DNA from: Candidatus Poribacteria bacterium
GTDB taxonomy: Bacteria; Poribacteria; WGA-4E; WGA-3G
Reading direction: 5' to 3'
Assembly (NCBI GenBank): GCA_965215265.1
Contig: OZ244048.1
Span: 384,001 to 448,000, forward strand
Length of the DNA stretch: 64,000 bases
In this document: positions 21,485 through 31,861 of the stretch, piece after piece
Layout of the letters: the number at the start of each line of letters is the position of its first letter
How positions within the stretch are numbered: position 1 is the first letter of the stretch
Translations under genes and position numbers: made by a program
Notes under the pieces: model-generated
Database searches by the model: none
Told to the model about the DNA's origin: nothing
Seen by the model: the letters and a program-made list of their open reading frames with translations, nothing else

Positions 21485-21629
21485 GAAACATGCTTGTCTA
21501 AAAAAAATGGACATCTTACACGCTCATTCTAAGGAACATGGTGTCTCACTAAGCGGACATGAACACTAACGGAAATTTTATCATATCTTATTACAGATTG
21601 TCAAATGCATAATAACATTGGAGGAACAC

Positions 21630-22232
21630 ATGGCTGATCGAACTCAAGACGAAACGGATAAGCCCCTATTGGATATTTTAAAACAGGTCGAAGGACAATG
21701 CCGGGAAGGGAACATCCCTATGCTGGGCCCGGAGAAGGCAGTATTTATTGCAGACTGCGTTGAAAAGGCACGCCCCTCACTGATTGTTGAATGTGGAACT
21801 GCCATCGGCTACTCCGGACTGTGGATATTACAGCGCCTGAAAGCACTCGGCACCGGACGTTTGATAACGGTTGAGATAGATGCCGACCGGGCCCACCGTG
21901 CACGCGCCACTTTTGAAAAAGCACGCGTGGCAAACCTTGTCGATTCGCGCATCGGGGATGCACAAGAGATACTCAATCATATTCAAGAACCAGTCGATTT
22001 TCTACTCCTTGACAACAACTTCAGCAACTATTTCCCGTGTTTTCGAGCAATTGAATCACGCTTAACCAATCCAGCCACAGTCGTAGCGGATAACGTAGGC
22101 ATCGGTGCTAAGCAGATGGCGGACTACCTGACGCATGTCCGCGACCGGTATGAGTCTGAGACGCACTGGTTTGACATAGACCTACCGTGGGTAAAACAGG
22201 ACGCGATTGAAGTGAGCATCTACCGGCGTTAA
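21630..22232 (+). CDS. Class I SAM-dependent O-methyltransferase
   Basis: VECGTAIGYSG, TVEID, GDA, ADNV. Confidence 0.88.
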   Translation: MADRTQDETDKPLLDILKQVEGQCREGNIPMLGPEKAVFIADCVEKARPSLIVECGTAIGYSGLWILQRLKALGTGRLITVEIDADRAHRARATFEKARVANLVDSRIGDAQEILNHIQEPVDFLLLDNNFSNYFPCFRAIESRLTNPATVVADNVGIGAKQMADYLTHVRDRYESETHWFDIDLPWVKQDAIEVSIYRR

Positions 22233-22292
22233 TCGCTCAAACGCTCTGTTCCCAACCCACGGCAACTGTTTTTTCTAGGAGGATTTTCTAAT

Positions 22293-25079
22293 ATGGGTTC
22301 ACAAACCATAGGCTTAGCTCAAACTGAAATAGACCACTCCTCTCTTTCTGACGATTTTACGGCCATCGCACGGCTGCCAGCACCCACAGATAACGTCGCG
22401 ATAGCTACCCAACGCTTGGAAGCCGGTACGGAGATGCGCTACAACGGCAAACTGTTTCGCCTATCGCATACCGTCTTAGAAGGGCACCGATTTGCTATCC
22501 AACCGATTGCGGTGCAGGCACCACTACTGTCCTGGGGATTACCCTTTGGCGTTGCTGCGCAGCCCATCGCACCCGGCAATTACGTCTGTAACCAGAAAAT
22601 GATCGATTCTTTGTCGATCCGGAACCTGAATTTCTCGATGCCAGCAGCACCGAATTTTCGTGATATCATGGCACCTTATCTCCTCAATGAGGCTGAATTC
22701 TGCCTCGGAGAACAGGTCGCCCGCTACGAACAGGAACGTCATTTTCTAGGATACCAGCGGCCAGGAAGACGAGGAGTCGGGACGAGAAACTACATCGTTG
22801 TCATGGGGACAACCGCTCGCACGGCCGGTTTTGTTCGGCAGCTCACGCATCACACTGCAGACATGGCAGAGGCATACCCCAACGTAGACGGCATCGTCGC
22901 TGTAACACACACTGAGGCAGGTGAAAGCAAAACACCGAATAATGTGAACATGTTGCTCCGCACCCTCGCTGGGTTCACCGTGCATCCTAATATCGGCGCG
23001 ATGCTCCTCGTTGATTACGGAACTGAAGCCGTTACAAACAAAATGCTGGCGAATTATATGGCGCAGAACGACTATGCAACCGACGATGTACCCCACCACT
23101 TTTTTCAGATACAGGACGGTTTTGAGGCGAGCTTGACACGCAGCAGCGAGATTCTCAACCGATGGCTTGACAGTGTTAACGCCGTCCAACGGACCGAACA
23201 ATCTTTGGAACATCTCAAAATTGCGCTGCAGTGCGGCGGCTCTGACGCATTCTCCGGCATCTCTGGAAATCCACTCGCCGCTTACGTTGCCAAAGAGGTC
23301 ATACGTTACGGCGGATGCGCAAACCTCGCAGAAACGGATGAACTTATCGGCGCAGAGGCATACATACTGCAGAACACCAAGGATCTTCCTACAGCACGCA
23401 AATTCCTTGATACCATTGAAACTTTCAAGCAACGCGCAGCGTGGCATGGGCATTCCGCAGAAGCGAACCCTTCCGGCGGTAACAATTTCCGCGGACTCTA
23501 TAACATTGCTATTAAATCAATTGGGGCCGCAATGAAACGGCACCCTGATGTCTGCCTTGACTATGTCATCAATTACAGTGAACTGATGCAGAAGCCAGGA
23601 TACTATTTCATGGATAGCCCCGGGAACGACTTAGAGAGTATTGCCGGACAGGTCGCCTCTGGCTCTAACATGATTTTCTTTGTGACGGGCAACGGCTCAA
23701 TTACCAACTTCCCCTTCGTGCCAACAATTAAAATTGTTACAACCAGCAACCGGTACCAGATGTTATCCGCTGACATGGATGTCAACGCAGGGGCTTATCT
23801 TGATGGCACACCGATGCCCGAACTCGGGGAAGAGATGCTCAACCTCACCGTGGATGTCGCATCCGGGCAGCGCTCTGTCGGAGAAAAAGCTGGGCATTCA
23901 CAAGTCTCACTCTGGCGGGATTGGAAGCAGACCGGGCCAATAGATTTAACCGCAGCTCTCGCTGAATCGGAATTAAAGCCCGGTGCACCACTCGCACGCG
24001 ACGCATTGGCTACCTTGAAAACACACGGCACCTCGGCGCACTCAGCATTCGATACCTTAACTTTCCGCGCATTCCGAACCCAGGACGGATATCGTAGCAA
24101 CCAATTCGGGTTAATTTTGCCGACGAGTCTTTGCTCCGGACAAATTGCACAGATGATTGCACAACGTTGCAACGAGCAGCGCATCGGCAAAAAGAGAGGA
24201 ATCTCTCAATTTGTAGCACTTCCGCACACAGAAGGCTGTGGTGTCTCAAGTGGACGCTCGGAAGAAATTTATACCCGCACGATGATTGGACATCTCACGC
24301 ATCCATCAGTCGCACGTGCTCTCCTCCTTGAGCACGGTTGTGAGAAAACTCACAACGATCATCTGCGTTATCAGATCCAGCAATTGGGTATCGCACCAGA
24401 ACGTTACGGTTGGGCAAGTGTGCAATTAGATGGCGGCATTGACGCTGTTATAACGAAAGCACAAAATTGGTTTGTGAACGCGCTCGCGCAGCAACCTACG
24501 CAGCGCCTCGTTGACACAGGTTTCGAGCACCTCTCCATCGGTTTGATGTCAACCGGACCAGCAACAGATAAAGTCGCACACGGTTTGATGACATTAACGG
24601 ATGCCATAGTCCAACTCGGAGGAACCGTTGTCATACCAGCCAATGCAACGTTTCTCACAAAGCAGACACCTCTTAACACGTATCCCTTGCAAAATACATT
24701 AGCGTACGGACAACGCATAGGTACAGGCAAATCTGGTGAGCCCGTAGTCAACAGTGCCGGTCTACACATCATGGAAACGCCGACCGACCAGCCCACAGAA
24801 ACATTGACAGGCCTAAGCGCGACAGGAATTGCGCTCGCACTGGCACATGTGGCAGGTTCACCTCTGCAATCACATCAGTTAGTGCCCTTGATTCAGGGGA
24901 GCACCGATGCAGAGACACTAGAAAACCACGGCGATGACCTGGACATTGTAACCTGCGATGTGGAGAGCATGCTCGCACGCATCGGAGACGTGGCTTCGCG
25001 CCGGTACATTCCGAAACTGCACGGCATAGGGAATACGGATTTTCAGTTGACGCGAGGGTTGCTTGGCATTTCAATGTAA
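22293..25079 (+). CDS. UxaA/GarD-family hydro-lyase with internally duplicated domains (928 aa)
   Basis: N-terminal SAF domain; GYQRPGRRGVGTRN, LQCGGSD, NPSGGN, MDSPGND; second copy with HTEGCG and GCEK. Confidence 0.82.
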   Translation: MGSQTIGLAQTEIDHSSLSDDFTAIARLPAPTDNVAIATQRLEAGTEMRYNGKLFRLSHTVLEGHRFAIQPIAVQAPLLSWGLPFGVAAQPIAPGNYVCNQKMIDSLSIRNLNFSMPAAPNFRDIMAPYLLNEAEFCLGEQVARYEQERHFLGYQRPGRRGVGTRNYIVVMGTTARTAGFVRQLTHHTADMAEAYPNVDGIVAVTHTEAGESKTPNNVNMLLRTLAGFTVHPNIGAMLLVDYGTEAVTNKMLANYMAQNDYATDDVPHHFFQIQDGFEASLTRSSEILNRWLDSVNAVQRTEQSLEHLKIALQCGGSDAFSGISGNPLAAYVAKEVIRYGGCANLAETDELIGAEAYILQNTKDLPTARKFLDTIETFKQRAAWHGHSAEANPSGGNNFRGLYNIAIKSIGAAMKRHPDVCLDYVINYSELMQKPGYYFMDSPGNDLESIAGQVASGSNMIFFVTGNGSITNFPFVPTIKIVTTSNRYQMLSADMDVNAGAYLDGTPMPELGEEMLNLTVDVASGQRSVGEKAGHSQVSLWRDWKQTGPIDLTAALAESELKPGAPLARDALATLKTHGTSAHSAFDTLTFRAFRTQDGYRSNQFGLILPTSLCSGQIAQMIAQRCNEQRIGKKRGISQFVALPHTEGCGVSSGRSEEIYTRTMIGHLTHPSVARALLLEHGCEKTHNDHLRYQIQQLGIAPERYGWASVQLDGGIDAVITKAQNWFVNALAQQPTQRLVDTGFEHLSIGLMSTGPATDKVAHGLMTLTDAIVQLGGTVVIPANATFLTKQTPLNTYPLQNTLAYGQRIGTGKSGEPVVNSAGLHIMETPTDQPTETLTGLSATGIALALAHVAGSPLQSHQLVPLIQGSTDAETLENHGDDLDIVTCDVESMLARIGDVASRRYIPKLHGIGNTDFQLTRGLLGISM

Positions 25080-25313
25080 TTGCAATTCATTATAATTATT
25101 CCATCGACTTTTTTGTTGATATATTTAAATCTTTTTTGTAAAATAATGTACAGAACCGAAGCGCGGGTCGTAACGGCGACATTTGAAAATTATCCGTTCT
25201 AAAGAGAGCGACTCGCACAAATTTAGTCAAATCACCGACGAATGGTTTAAGAACATTCAACGGTGTAGAGACTGAAAGCGTATTGCTTTCCTTACATATG
25301 AGGAGGTTTACTC

Positions 25314-26102
25314 ATGCGTTCAATAATGTATCTGTTTACTATTACGCTGCTTTTGATAGGTGGCGTACTTTCCACGCATGCCCTTGTTGAAGATGACGGC
25401 TTAATCCTTTACTTCAGTTTTGATGAGGAAAAGGGCGGGACCGTTAAAGATGAAACCGGTGGCGGAAATGATGGCGTGCTCGACAATGCTGAAATTACCA
25501 CTAAAGAGGTCGTACACGGGACAGGCGCGTTAGCATGCGAAGATGCCGGCGCGAGTGTGATAGTTGAATCCTTCAAAGAATTAGAAGACTATCAGGATAA
25601 TAGCTTCCTATTTTGGGTCCAGTTCATTGAGAAAAACTCCGGTTCATGGAACCAAATCATCGCGAAAAAAGCGCCCGGCTCTGACCGATCCCCCGGTATA
25701 TGGACCTGTAACCGTGTGCCCTTGCACATCCACTACCGGTTCAATCCCGGAAATCAAGGGACGCATTGCACGGGACCCGGTGGCGAAGGCGACGAATTTG
25801 ACACCGGTAAATGGTATCACCTTGCAGGTGTGAAACAAGATGCTCAACTGAAGTTTTACATTGATGGGGAAGAAATTGAGGAACAAGGCGTTCCGAAAGA
25901 TCACGCACAAGGGGAAGAGAGTCTCTATATCGGTAAAACCGGTTACGGCTCTGCTATTTTCTACCTCGACGATCTTTATGTTTACGACAGAGCACTCAGT
26001 GCAGATGAAGTTGTAGAGGTCATGGAAGGGAATCTTCTGCCTGTTGAACCTAAGAACAAACTCGCAGCTACGTGGGGACAACTCAAAACGCATCGTGACT
26101 AA
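25314..26102 (+). CDS. Secreted LamG/concanavalin-like domain protein with Poribacteria-type C-terminal motif
   Basis: Signal peptide; LYFSFDE, WYHLAG, YDRALS; tail PVEPKNKLAATWGQLK. Confidence 0.85.
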   Translation: MRSIMYLFTITLLLIGGVLSTHALVEDDGLILYFSFDEEKGGTVKDETGGGNDGVLDNAEITTKEVVHGTGALACEDAGASVIVESFKELEDYQDNSFLFWVQFIEKNSGSWNQIIAKKAPGSDRSPGIWTCNRVPLHIHYRFNPGNQGTHCTGPGGEGDEFDTGKWYHLAGVKQDAQLKFYIDGEEIEEQGVPKDHAQGEESLYIGKTGYGSAIFYLDDLYVYDRALSADEVVEVMEGNLLPVEPKNKLAATWGQLKTHRD

Positions 26103-26121
26103 TTTTCCACCCTGAAATGTT

Positions 26122-26143
26122 GGGACAGCCTTCGGGCTGTCCC
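26122..26143 (+). terminator. Perfect GC hairpin with UUCG tetraloop after the LamG gene (terminator or 3' stabiliser)
   Basis: GGGACAGCC-TTCG-GGCTGTCCC; weak U-tract. Confidence 0.55.
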
Positions 26144-26165
26144 GAATTTATCTCCCCTTCTACTC

Positions 26166-27527
26166 ATGTTTACTCCTCACTCCCAGCTATTTCCCATCTT
26201 GCAAAGACTGCTCCTCTTTTTTTTCTTCTTCACTCAGCCTTTACCGGGGGCCGGATGGTACGATGCTGAGGAGGAAATTAAGGTCAGATTTCATCGCGGT
26301 GTTCGCTATCTTGACACGGAACAGTACGAATTGGCACTGGCAGAATTCCAAACTATTTATCAACAATTTCCTGAATCGGAGAGACTTCGTAGCATTGCCC
26401 AGTATTATATCGGCATTGTGTATCAAGAAAAAAATAGATTGAGTCAGGCGGCGGCTGCCTATAAAGCTGCATTGGTGTTGAATGCACCACCGGATGTACA
26501 CGGTACCGCGCATCTTCAGTTGGGCATTGTCTATAAAACACAAGGCCAATTACGACTGGCTGAAAAACACCTGAGCGCAGCCAGAACCCAACTGCCTGAG
26601 AACGCTGACGTGCATATCCAGCTGGGCGATGTCTATCTCCTACAACGGCAATGGAACGCAGCAGAAAATGCTTATCGTGAGAGTATCCGCCTCAACCCAA
26701 ATTACACTGAATCTTATTATGGGTTGGGCAGAGCAACCGAGCTGCAAAACCGCCTCAAGCAGGCTGTGGAATATTACAACGCCGCGCTGAAACGCAATCC
26801 GTATTTAGCGCAAGCACATTACCGGCTTGCCCTTATCTATCGGCAATTAGGGGATACCGCCCAGGCGAAAACAGCGATCGCACAATTTGGACGCTTAAAA
26901 ACTTACGCCGATAGGATGCATCAATACCGAGAAGCACTCTACAAAAACCCAAATTTGCCGATGCTATACATCAAATTGGCGGAACTTCACGAATCTTTTG
27001 ACAATCTGGAATCGGCAGCGCGGGTTTATCAGATTGCAATTACAGTGCATCCCAAGTTTTTGCCGGCCTATCATCAACTTGGAGAACTCTTTATCCGACA
27101 ACGCGCACTTGAAAAAGCAATCGCGGTTTATCGCAGTGCTACAGAAATTCGGCCCGACGATGCACAAGCATGGCTACAGTTAGGGGTCATCTATATCAAC
27201 CAAAAACGGTTTCAGGACGCAATTCAGGCGTTCCAGACAGCCATTTCTGTTGATAGCACAGAGGCAGAAGCGTATAATAACCTTGCACGTGTCTACGCGG
27301 CACTTGGTAAGGAGTTGGAACAAGCGATAGCCCTCGCAGAGAAAGCCGTTGCCTTAGCCCCCACGGCCAAGCACTATGATACCCTCGCTTACGCCTATTA
27401 CCGTAATCAACAGTACCCACAAGCGTTAACGGCAATCCATCGCGCGGTTGCGATAGCACCCAATGTCGCTGAATATAGGAAGCTGCTACTGAAAATCCAG
27501 ACAGCGCAAAAGGCAGAGAAAAAGTAA
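26166..27527 (+). CDS. Tetratricopeptide repeat protein
   Basis: About 11 TPR-like units (LG..Y...A...Y..A...P); hydrophobic N-terminus. Confidence 0.88.
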   Translation: MFTPHSQLFPILQRLLLFFFFFTQPLPGAGWYDAEEEIKVRFHRGVRYLDTEQYELALAEFQTIYQQFPESERLRSIAQYYIGIVYQEKNRLSQAAAAYKAALVLNAPPDVHGTAHLQLGIVYKTQGQLRLAEKHLSAARTQLPENADVHIQLGDVYLLQRQWNAAENAYRESIRLNPNYTESYYGLGRATELQNRLKQAVEYYNAALKRNPYLAQAHYRLALIYRQLGDTAQAKTAIAQFGRLKTYADRMHQYREALYKNPNLPMLYIKLAELHESFDNLESAARVYQIAITVHPKFLPAYHQLGELFIRQRALEKAIAVYRSATEIRPDDAQAWLQLGVIYINQKRFQDAIQAFQTAISVDSTEAEAYNNLARVYAALGKELEQAIALAEKAVALAPTAKHYDTLAYAYYRNQQYPQALTAIHRAVAIAPNVAEYRKLLLKIQTAQKAEKK

Positions 27528-27597
27528 AAACCGAGGAGATATAGAAACCAACGCTAAAATCCAAGCACAAAATATGCCAATTTGTCTACAAAACAAA

Positions 27598-27626
27598 TTG
27601 ACATAATCTGAATTTTCCTTTATAAT
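27598..27626 (+). promoter_or_regulatory. Perfect consensus sigma-70 promoter upstream of the Dam-like MTase
   Basis: TTGACA-17 bp-TATAAT. Confidence 0.75.
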
Positions 27627-27652
27627 TTCAATGGACGGAATATAATAACAGC

Positions 27653-27696
27653 AACGAAGAAATATGCAGACCTTAACGAAGAAATATGCAGACCTT
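27653..27696 (+). repeat. 22-bp perfect tandem duplication spanning the MTase start codon
   Basis: AACGAAGAAATATGCAGACCTT at 27653-27674 and 27675-27696. Confidence 0.9.
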
Positions 27697-28669
27697 TTTG
27701 ACACAAGCAAACGAGGAACAAAAAAGTAATATGCAAGAGACGTATCCAGACCTTTTTGGGGCATCGCTAAGACTGTTATTCTTACAATCTCTTAGGAGCC
27801 AGGGAAAGTACAAATATGCACGTTACCGCGGACTTCCGCTGCGGTATGCAGGTGGGAAAAGTCTCGGCGTGGGACACGTCATAGAGCAAATTCCGGATGG
27901 CCTGGAGAGACTCGTTTCCCCTTTTATGGGTGGTGGTGCCGTTGAAATTGCCTGTGCAAAAGAACTCGGCATGCAGGTTCGTGCCTATGATATCTTCGAT
28001 ATCCTTGTAAACTATTGGCACATCCAACTGAGTGCCGGTGGAAAACTTGCCACACGTTTAGAACAGTGGAAACCGACAAAAGCACAATATGCAGAGATTA
28101 AGAGCAGACTCAAGGCACATTGGAACGGTGAGCAGCCTATTTCAGACGCGTTAGAATTGGCGGCACATTACTGGTTCAACCATAATCTCTCCTACGGACC
28201 CGGATTTCTCGGATGGATGTCGAAAATTTGTGAGTCGCCTGAGAAATACGCCAGATCCGTGAATGCAGTACGCAATTTCCGATGTCCCTCCCTGTCCGTT
28301 CGCACAGGAAGTTTCGAGGAGACTATCTCTTGTCATCCCGCGGATTTCCTCTACTGTGATCCGCCCTACTACCTTGATGAGGGTAAGATGTTCCGAGGTA
28401 TCTACCCACAACGCAATTTCCCTGTGCATCATAACGGGTTCAGACATGAACTGCTCCGAGACTTGCTCCATAACCACAAGAGTGGTTTTGTTCTCTCTTA
28501 CAACGATTGCAAGACGATACGGAAATGGTATGCCGGGTTTCGGATCCTCGAGGTCGAATGGCAGTATACCTTAGGACAAGGCGAAACCCGCATTGGCAAA
28601 AATAGGATTGAGAATGGGACAGGACATGTCAAACGGTCTCATGAACTCCTAATTATAAAGGAAACATGA
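27686..28669 (+). CDS. Dam-like (D12 class) N6-adenine DNA methyltransferase
   Basis: LRYAGGKS, SPFMGGGAVE, YCDPPY, FVLSYND, ELLI. Confidence 0.88.
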   Translation: MQTFLTQANEEQKSNMQETYPDLFGASLRLLFLQSLRSQGKYKYARYRGLPLRYAGGKSLGVGHVIEQIPDGLERLVSPFMGGGAVEIACAKELGMQVRAYDIFDILVNYWHIQLSAGGKLATRLEQWKPTKAQYAEIKSRLKAHWNGEQPISDALELAAHYWFNHNLSYGPGFLGWMSKICESPEKYARSVNAVRNFRCPSLSVRTGSFEETISCHPADFLYCDPPYYLDEGKMFRGIYPQRNFPVHHNGFRHELLRDLLHNHKSGFVLSYNDCKTIRKWYAGFRILEVEWQYTLGQGETRIGKNRIENGTGHVKRSHELLIIKET

Positions 28670-28673
28670 CATC

Positions 28674-29057
28674 ATGGCGAGAAGGGCGATGACCTCGGAA
28701 CAAGCGTCATCTAAGAAAAAAAGCGGGCACGCTAACGAAAATCACTTTGCCGAACTGATTGGTGGAGTCGTTTTGGCTTCAACAAGAAAGACTGACGTAA
28801 TAGACCAACAACACCGAACCCACTCTGTGAAAAGTGGGCAATGGTGGCAAATTTTCCTTTATGCAAGATCTAGACTGGTAACCAACACGATTTTTCAGGA
28901 TATAGGAGAGCTTGCAGACCTCATGATTCAATGCATCGATGCTTTTCCTGAAAATTTCAGCGATTATAAGATGGATAAACAGTCAGCGAAATACCGTTTA
29001 CAGGAGCCGATGCATCTTCTGAAAGAGGAGATTGAGAAACCTGAGATAGACGATTAA
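28674..29057 (+). CDS. Putative restriction endonuclease partner of the MTase, probably truncated
   Basis: 4 bp after the MTase; E...KTD...SVK resembles a PD-(D/E)xK core; only 127 aa. Confidence 0.4.
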   Translation: MARRAMTSEQASSKKKSGHANENHFAELIGGVVLASTRKTDVIDQQHRTHSVKSGQWWQIFLYARSRLVTNTIFQDIGELADLMIQCIDAFPENFSDYKMDKQSAKYRLQEPMHLLKEEIEKPEIDD

Positions 29058-29105
29058 ATACGTTAGGTGAAAAAAAATCCATAGAGATTTAGTACAGAGG
29101 TAACT

Positions 29106-29894
29106 ATGAAAAAAGGAATATGTATCGGTTCACTACCGGGTAATTCTACAGAGGCTCGGTTTAAGCTCGCGAAAGCCGCCGGATTTGACGGGGTTGAAAT
29201 CGGCACACTCGGAGATGATGCCGACCGGCACCAAACAAAACAACTCGCAGCACAACACCATTTGGAACTTTTCAGCGTAATGAACCAGAAACACTGGTCG
29301 CATCCCCTTTCCGATGCAGATGAAGCCGTTCGTGCAGCATCGCACGAAGGTATGCTGGATTCCATGGCGACCGCGAAAACCATCGGGGCAGATGCAGTGC
29401 TACTTGTCCCAGCTGTTGTCAACGAAGCCACTCCGTACGAAGCAGCGTATGAACGTTCACAGACCGAAATTCGCAAACTTATTCCGCGCGCCACCGAATA
29501 CGGGCTCACCATTGCGATAGAAAACGTCTGGAATAAATTTCTGCTCAGCCCGATTGAATTTGCCCAATATCTTGATGAATTTGAGAGTGACGCTGTCGCT
29601 GCTTACTTTGACGTTGGTAATATCGTGCTGTATGGGTATCCGCAACAGTGGATCCGCTCTTTGGGTTCCCGGATTTCCAAAGTACACGTGAAAGGGTTCA
29701 ACGCGAACACCCGTCAATTCACCTATCTCATTGAAGATTGCACAATTGATTGGAACGAAGTGATGACGGCACTTGCGGATGTCGGTTACGATGACTATAT
29801 GACAGCGGAACTGCCTATTGATGCAGAGGACCCGGACGGAACCGTACATCAAATTAGCGAGGACATGGACAATATTATTGCTGGCAAAGTTTAA
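29106..29894 (+). CDS. Sugar phosphate isomerase/epimerase (TIM barrel)
   Basis: GFDGVE, IENVWN, YFDVGN, VHVK. Confidence 0.87.
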   Translation: MKKGICIGSLPGNSTEARFKLAKAAGFDGVEIGTLGDDADRHQTKQLAAQHHLELFSVMNQKHWSHPLSDADEAVRAASHEGMLDSMATAKTIGADAVLLVPAVVNEATPYEAAYERSQTEIRKLIPRATEYGLTIAIENVWNKFLLSPIEFAQYLDEFESDAVAAYFDVGNIVLYGYPQQWIRSLGSRISKVHVKGFNANTRQFTYLIEDCTIDWNEVMTALADVGYDDYMTAELPIDAEDPDGTVHQISEDMDNIIAGKV

Positions 29895-30679
29895 TGGAAA
29901 TTATTATTCAATCGACATATCAGAAGTTAGTATGCGTGGCGGCAGATATAGTGCGCAGCGCACTTTTGAAAAAGTCCGACCTCGTTTTGGGGCTTGCCAC
30001 GGGTAGTACGCCCCTCGGATTTTACAAAGAACTTGTACGGATGCATCAGGAGGACGGTCTCGATTTTTCAGCCGTAACCACTTTTAATTTGGACGAGTAT
30101 GTCGGAATTCCTACGACGCATCCTTACAGTTATCATACCTTCATGGAAACGCACTTTTTTCAGCATGTCAATATCGCGACTGCGAACCGGCATATCCCGC
30201 AAAGCACTGCAGATGCCCACGAGACTTTCTGTGAAGAATATGAGGCAGCGATTGCACGTGCCGGTGGCATCGACATTCAGCTCCTCGGCATCGGGATAGA
30301 CGGCCATATCGGCTTCAATGAACCCAGTTCCTCCCTCGGCTCCCGTACCCGAATTAAGACGTTGACGCGAAGTACCTTGGAGGCGAACACCCCGCATTTC
30401 GGGGGCGATACGGGTTCAGTACCCACCATGGCCATTACAATGGGCGTCGGGACTATCATGGAAGCAAAGAAATGTCTACTATTAGCCAGCGGAGAGTCAA
30501 AGGCGGCCGCGGTCGCTGCAGCAGTGGAGGGCCCTATTACCGCAGAAGTACCTGCTTCGGTGTTGCAGATGCATCCGCGAGCCGTGGTCCTAACTGACAA
30601 TGCAGCAGCATCCCAACTCAAGCGCATAGATTATTACAAACAGGTTTACACCAATAAGCAGAAACTTCTGCGGATGTAA
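29894..30679 (+). CDS. nagB: Glucosamine-6-phosphate deaminase
   Basis: LGLATGSTP, FNLDEYVG, GIGIDGHIGFNEP, PASVLQMH. Confidence 0.93.
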   Translation: MEIIIQSTYQKLVCVAADIVRSALLKKSDLVLGLATGSTPLGFYKELVRMHQEDGLDFSAVTTFNLDEYVGIPTTHPYSYHTFMETHFFQHVNIATANRHIPQSTADAHETFCEEYEAAIARAGGIDIQLLGIGIDGHIGFNEPSSSLGSRTRIKTLTRSTLEANTPHFGGDTGSVPTMAITMGVGTIMEAKKCLLLASGESKAAAVAAAVEGPITAEVPASVLQMHPRAVVLTDNAAASQLKRIDYYKQVYTNKQKLLRM

Positions 30680-30757
30680 ACCACATTTCGCTGTTGGAAA
30701 CAAGACGTTCACAACCCCCATGCAATTTATTCGTATAACCTAACAGGCATTGAAATT

Positions 30758-31490
30758 TCAATTCGCCTCAATGACAGGCGGGCGCCTGCCGATGGACGGT
30801 GGTAGGAGCATCCGTTGCTGTTGCTCGCTCAACTCACCGTATTTGCTGATGTCATAATAGTTGCTGGACCACGCCGAGTGTCCCGGACTATACTTATACA
30901 ACAAGGCGCGCCGCTCATGGTTAGCCTGCCAGGGCATCGTGCCGTGAATGAGGGCCTCGGTGAAAAAGAGCACGTCGCCGGCTCCAACAGCCGGTTGGAC
31001 GACGTAGTGTGCCGGCTCCTCGAAACGTCGGACCGCTTTGGGGAGCTGTGTTGGAAAGTTGCACTTGTGGCTAGCGGGGATACAAGCAAACCCGCCGGCT
31101 CCTTCAGGCGCGTCTGCCAAATTGTATGTCATTACAGACAGCCCATTCCGCATAAAACCGTCGCGATACTTGTACCAATGATCTCCGACGTGCCCGCCGG
31201 CGCGTCCGCCATCCTCACCACCGTGTAGCCCGCCGCGTCCTTCGCCCTTACTCATGAAAATAGCATAATCGTGGTCCAGACGGACGTGCGGTCCTAGGAG
31301 TTCGATGAGATACGGCAAAATTTTCGGATGGTCGCTTAAACGGCTCACCCCAGAGGCTCGGCGGGCCCGAACGCTCGCCACCATCAATGATCGCGTTCAT
31401 TTCCGCGACTTCATCATCCGTTAAAACGTCCTTTATTACCAGATATCCTTCAAGATCGACTCTAAATTTTTCTTCGCTTGTCATATACAC
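30758..31490 (-). pseudogene. PhyH-family dioxygenase with a frameshift near 31334
   Basis: N-terminal part (EEKFRVDLEGYLVIKDVL...GEPFK) continues in another frame as DHPKILPYLIELLG...FTEALIHG. Confidence 0.78.
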
Positions 31491-31861
31491 AAACTCTCCT
31501 CCGTTAAAAACGAATGATTTCCATTTTTATAAGATGATAACACATCTCACAGAGATATGTCAAATCGAGGAGTAAGGGGTTCTGATTGATCGCTTGGTTC
31601 TGTGGAATTTTCACTACCAACGTACAAAAAGGCAAGAAACCATCCGGTTTTTGGATAGGGCATTTATAGTAACATCAACAAAGGTGCAAAATTTTATCGT
31701 GCTGCAAAAATGTTTGCCCTATTAGTCAAGCGGCAAACCAATCACCGACAGAGGTCCCGCGTTTCGGCGAGACTAATACCTACAACCTATCAAGCCATGG
31801 GTAGAAAAACTGACATCGGTATGTTCGAACGTGGAGATGGAAAAATTGGGTAATGTATCTG

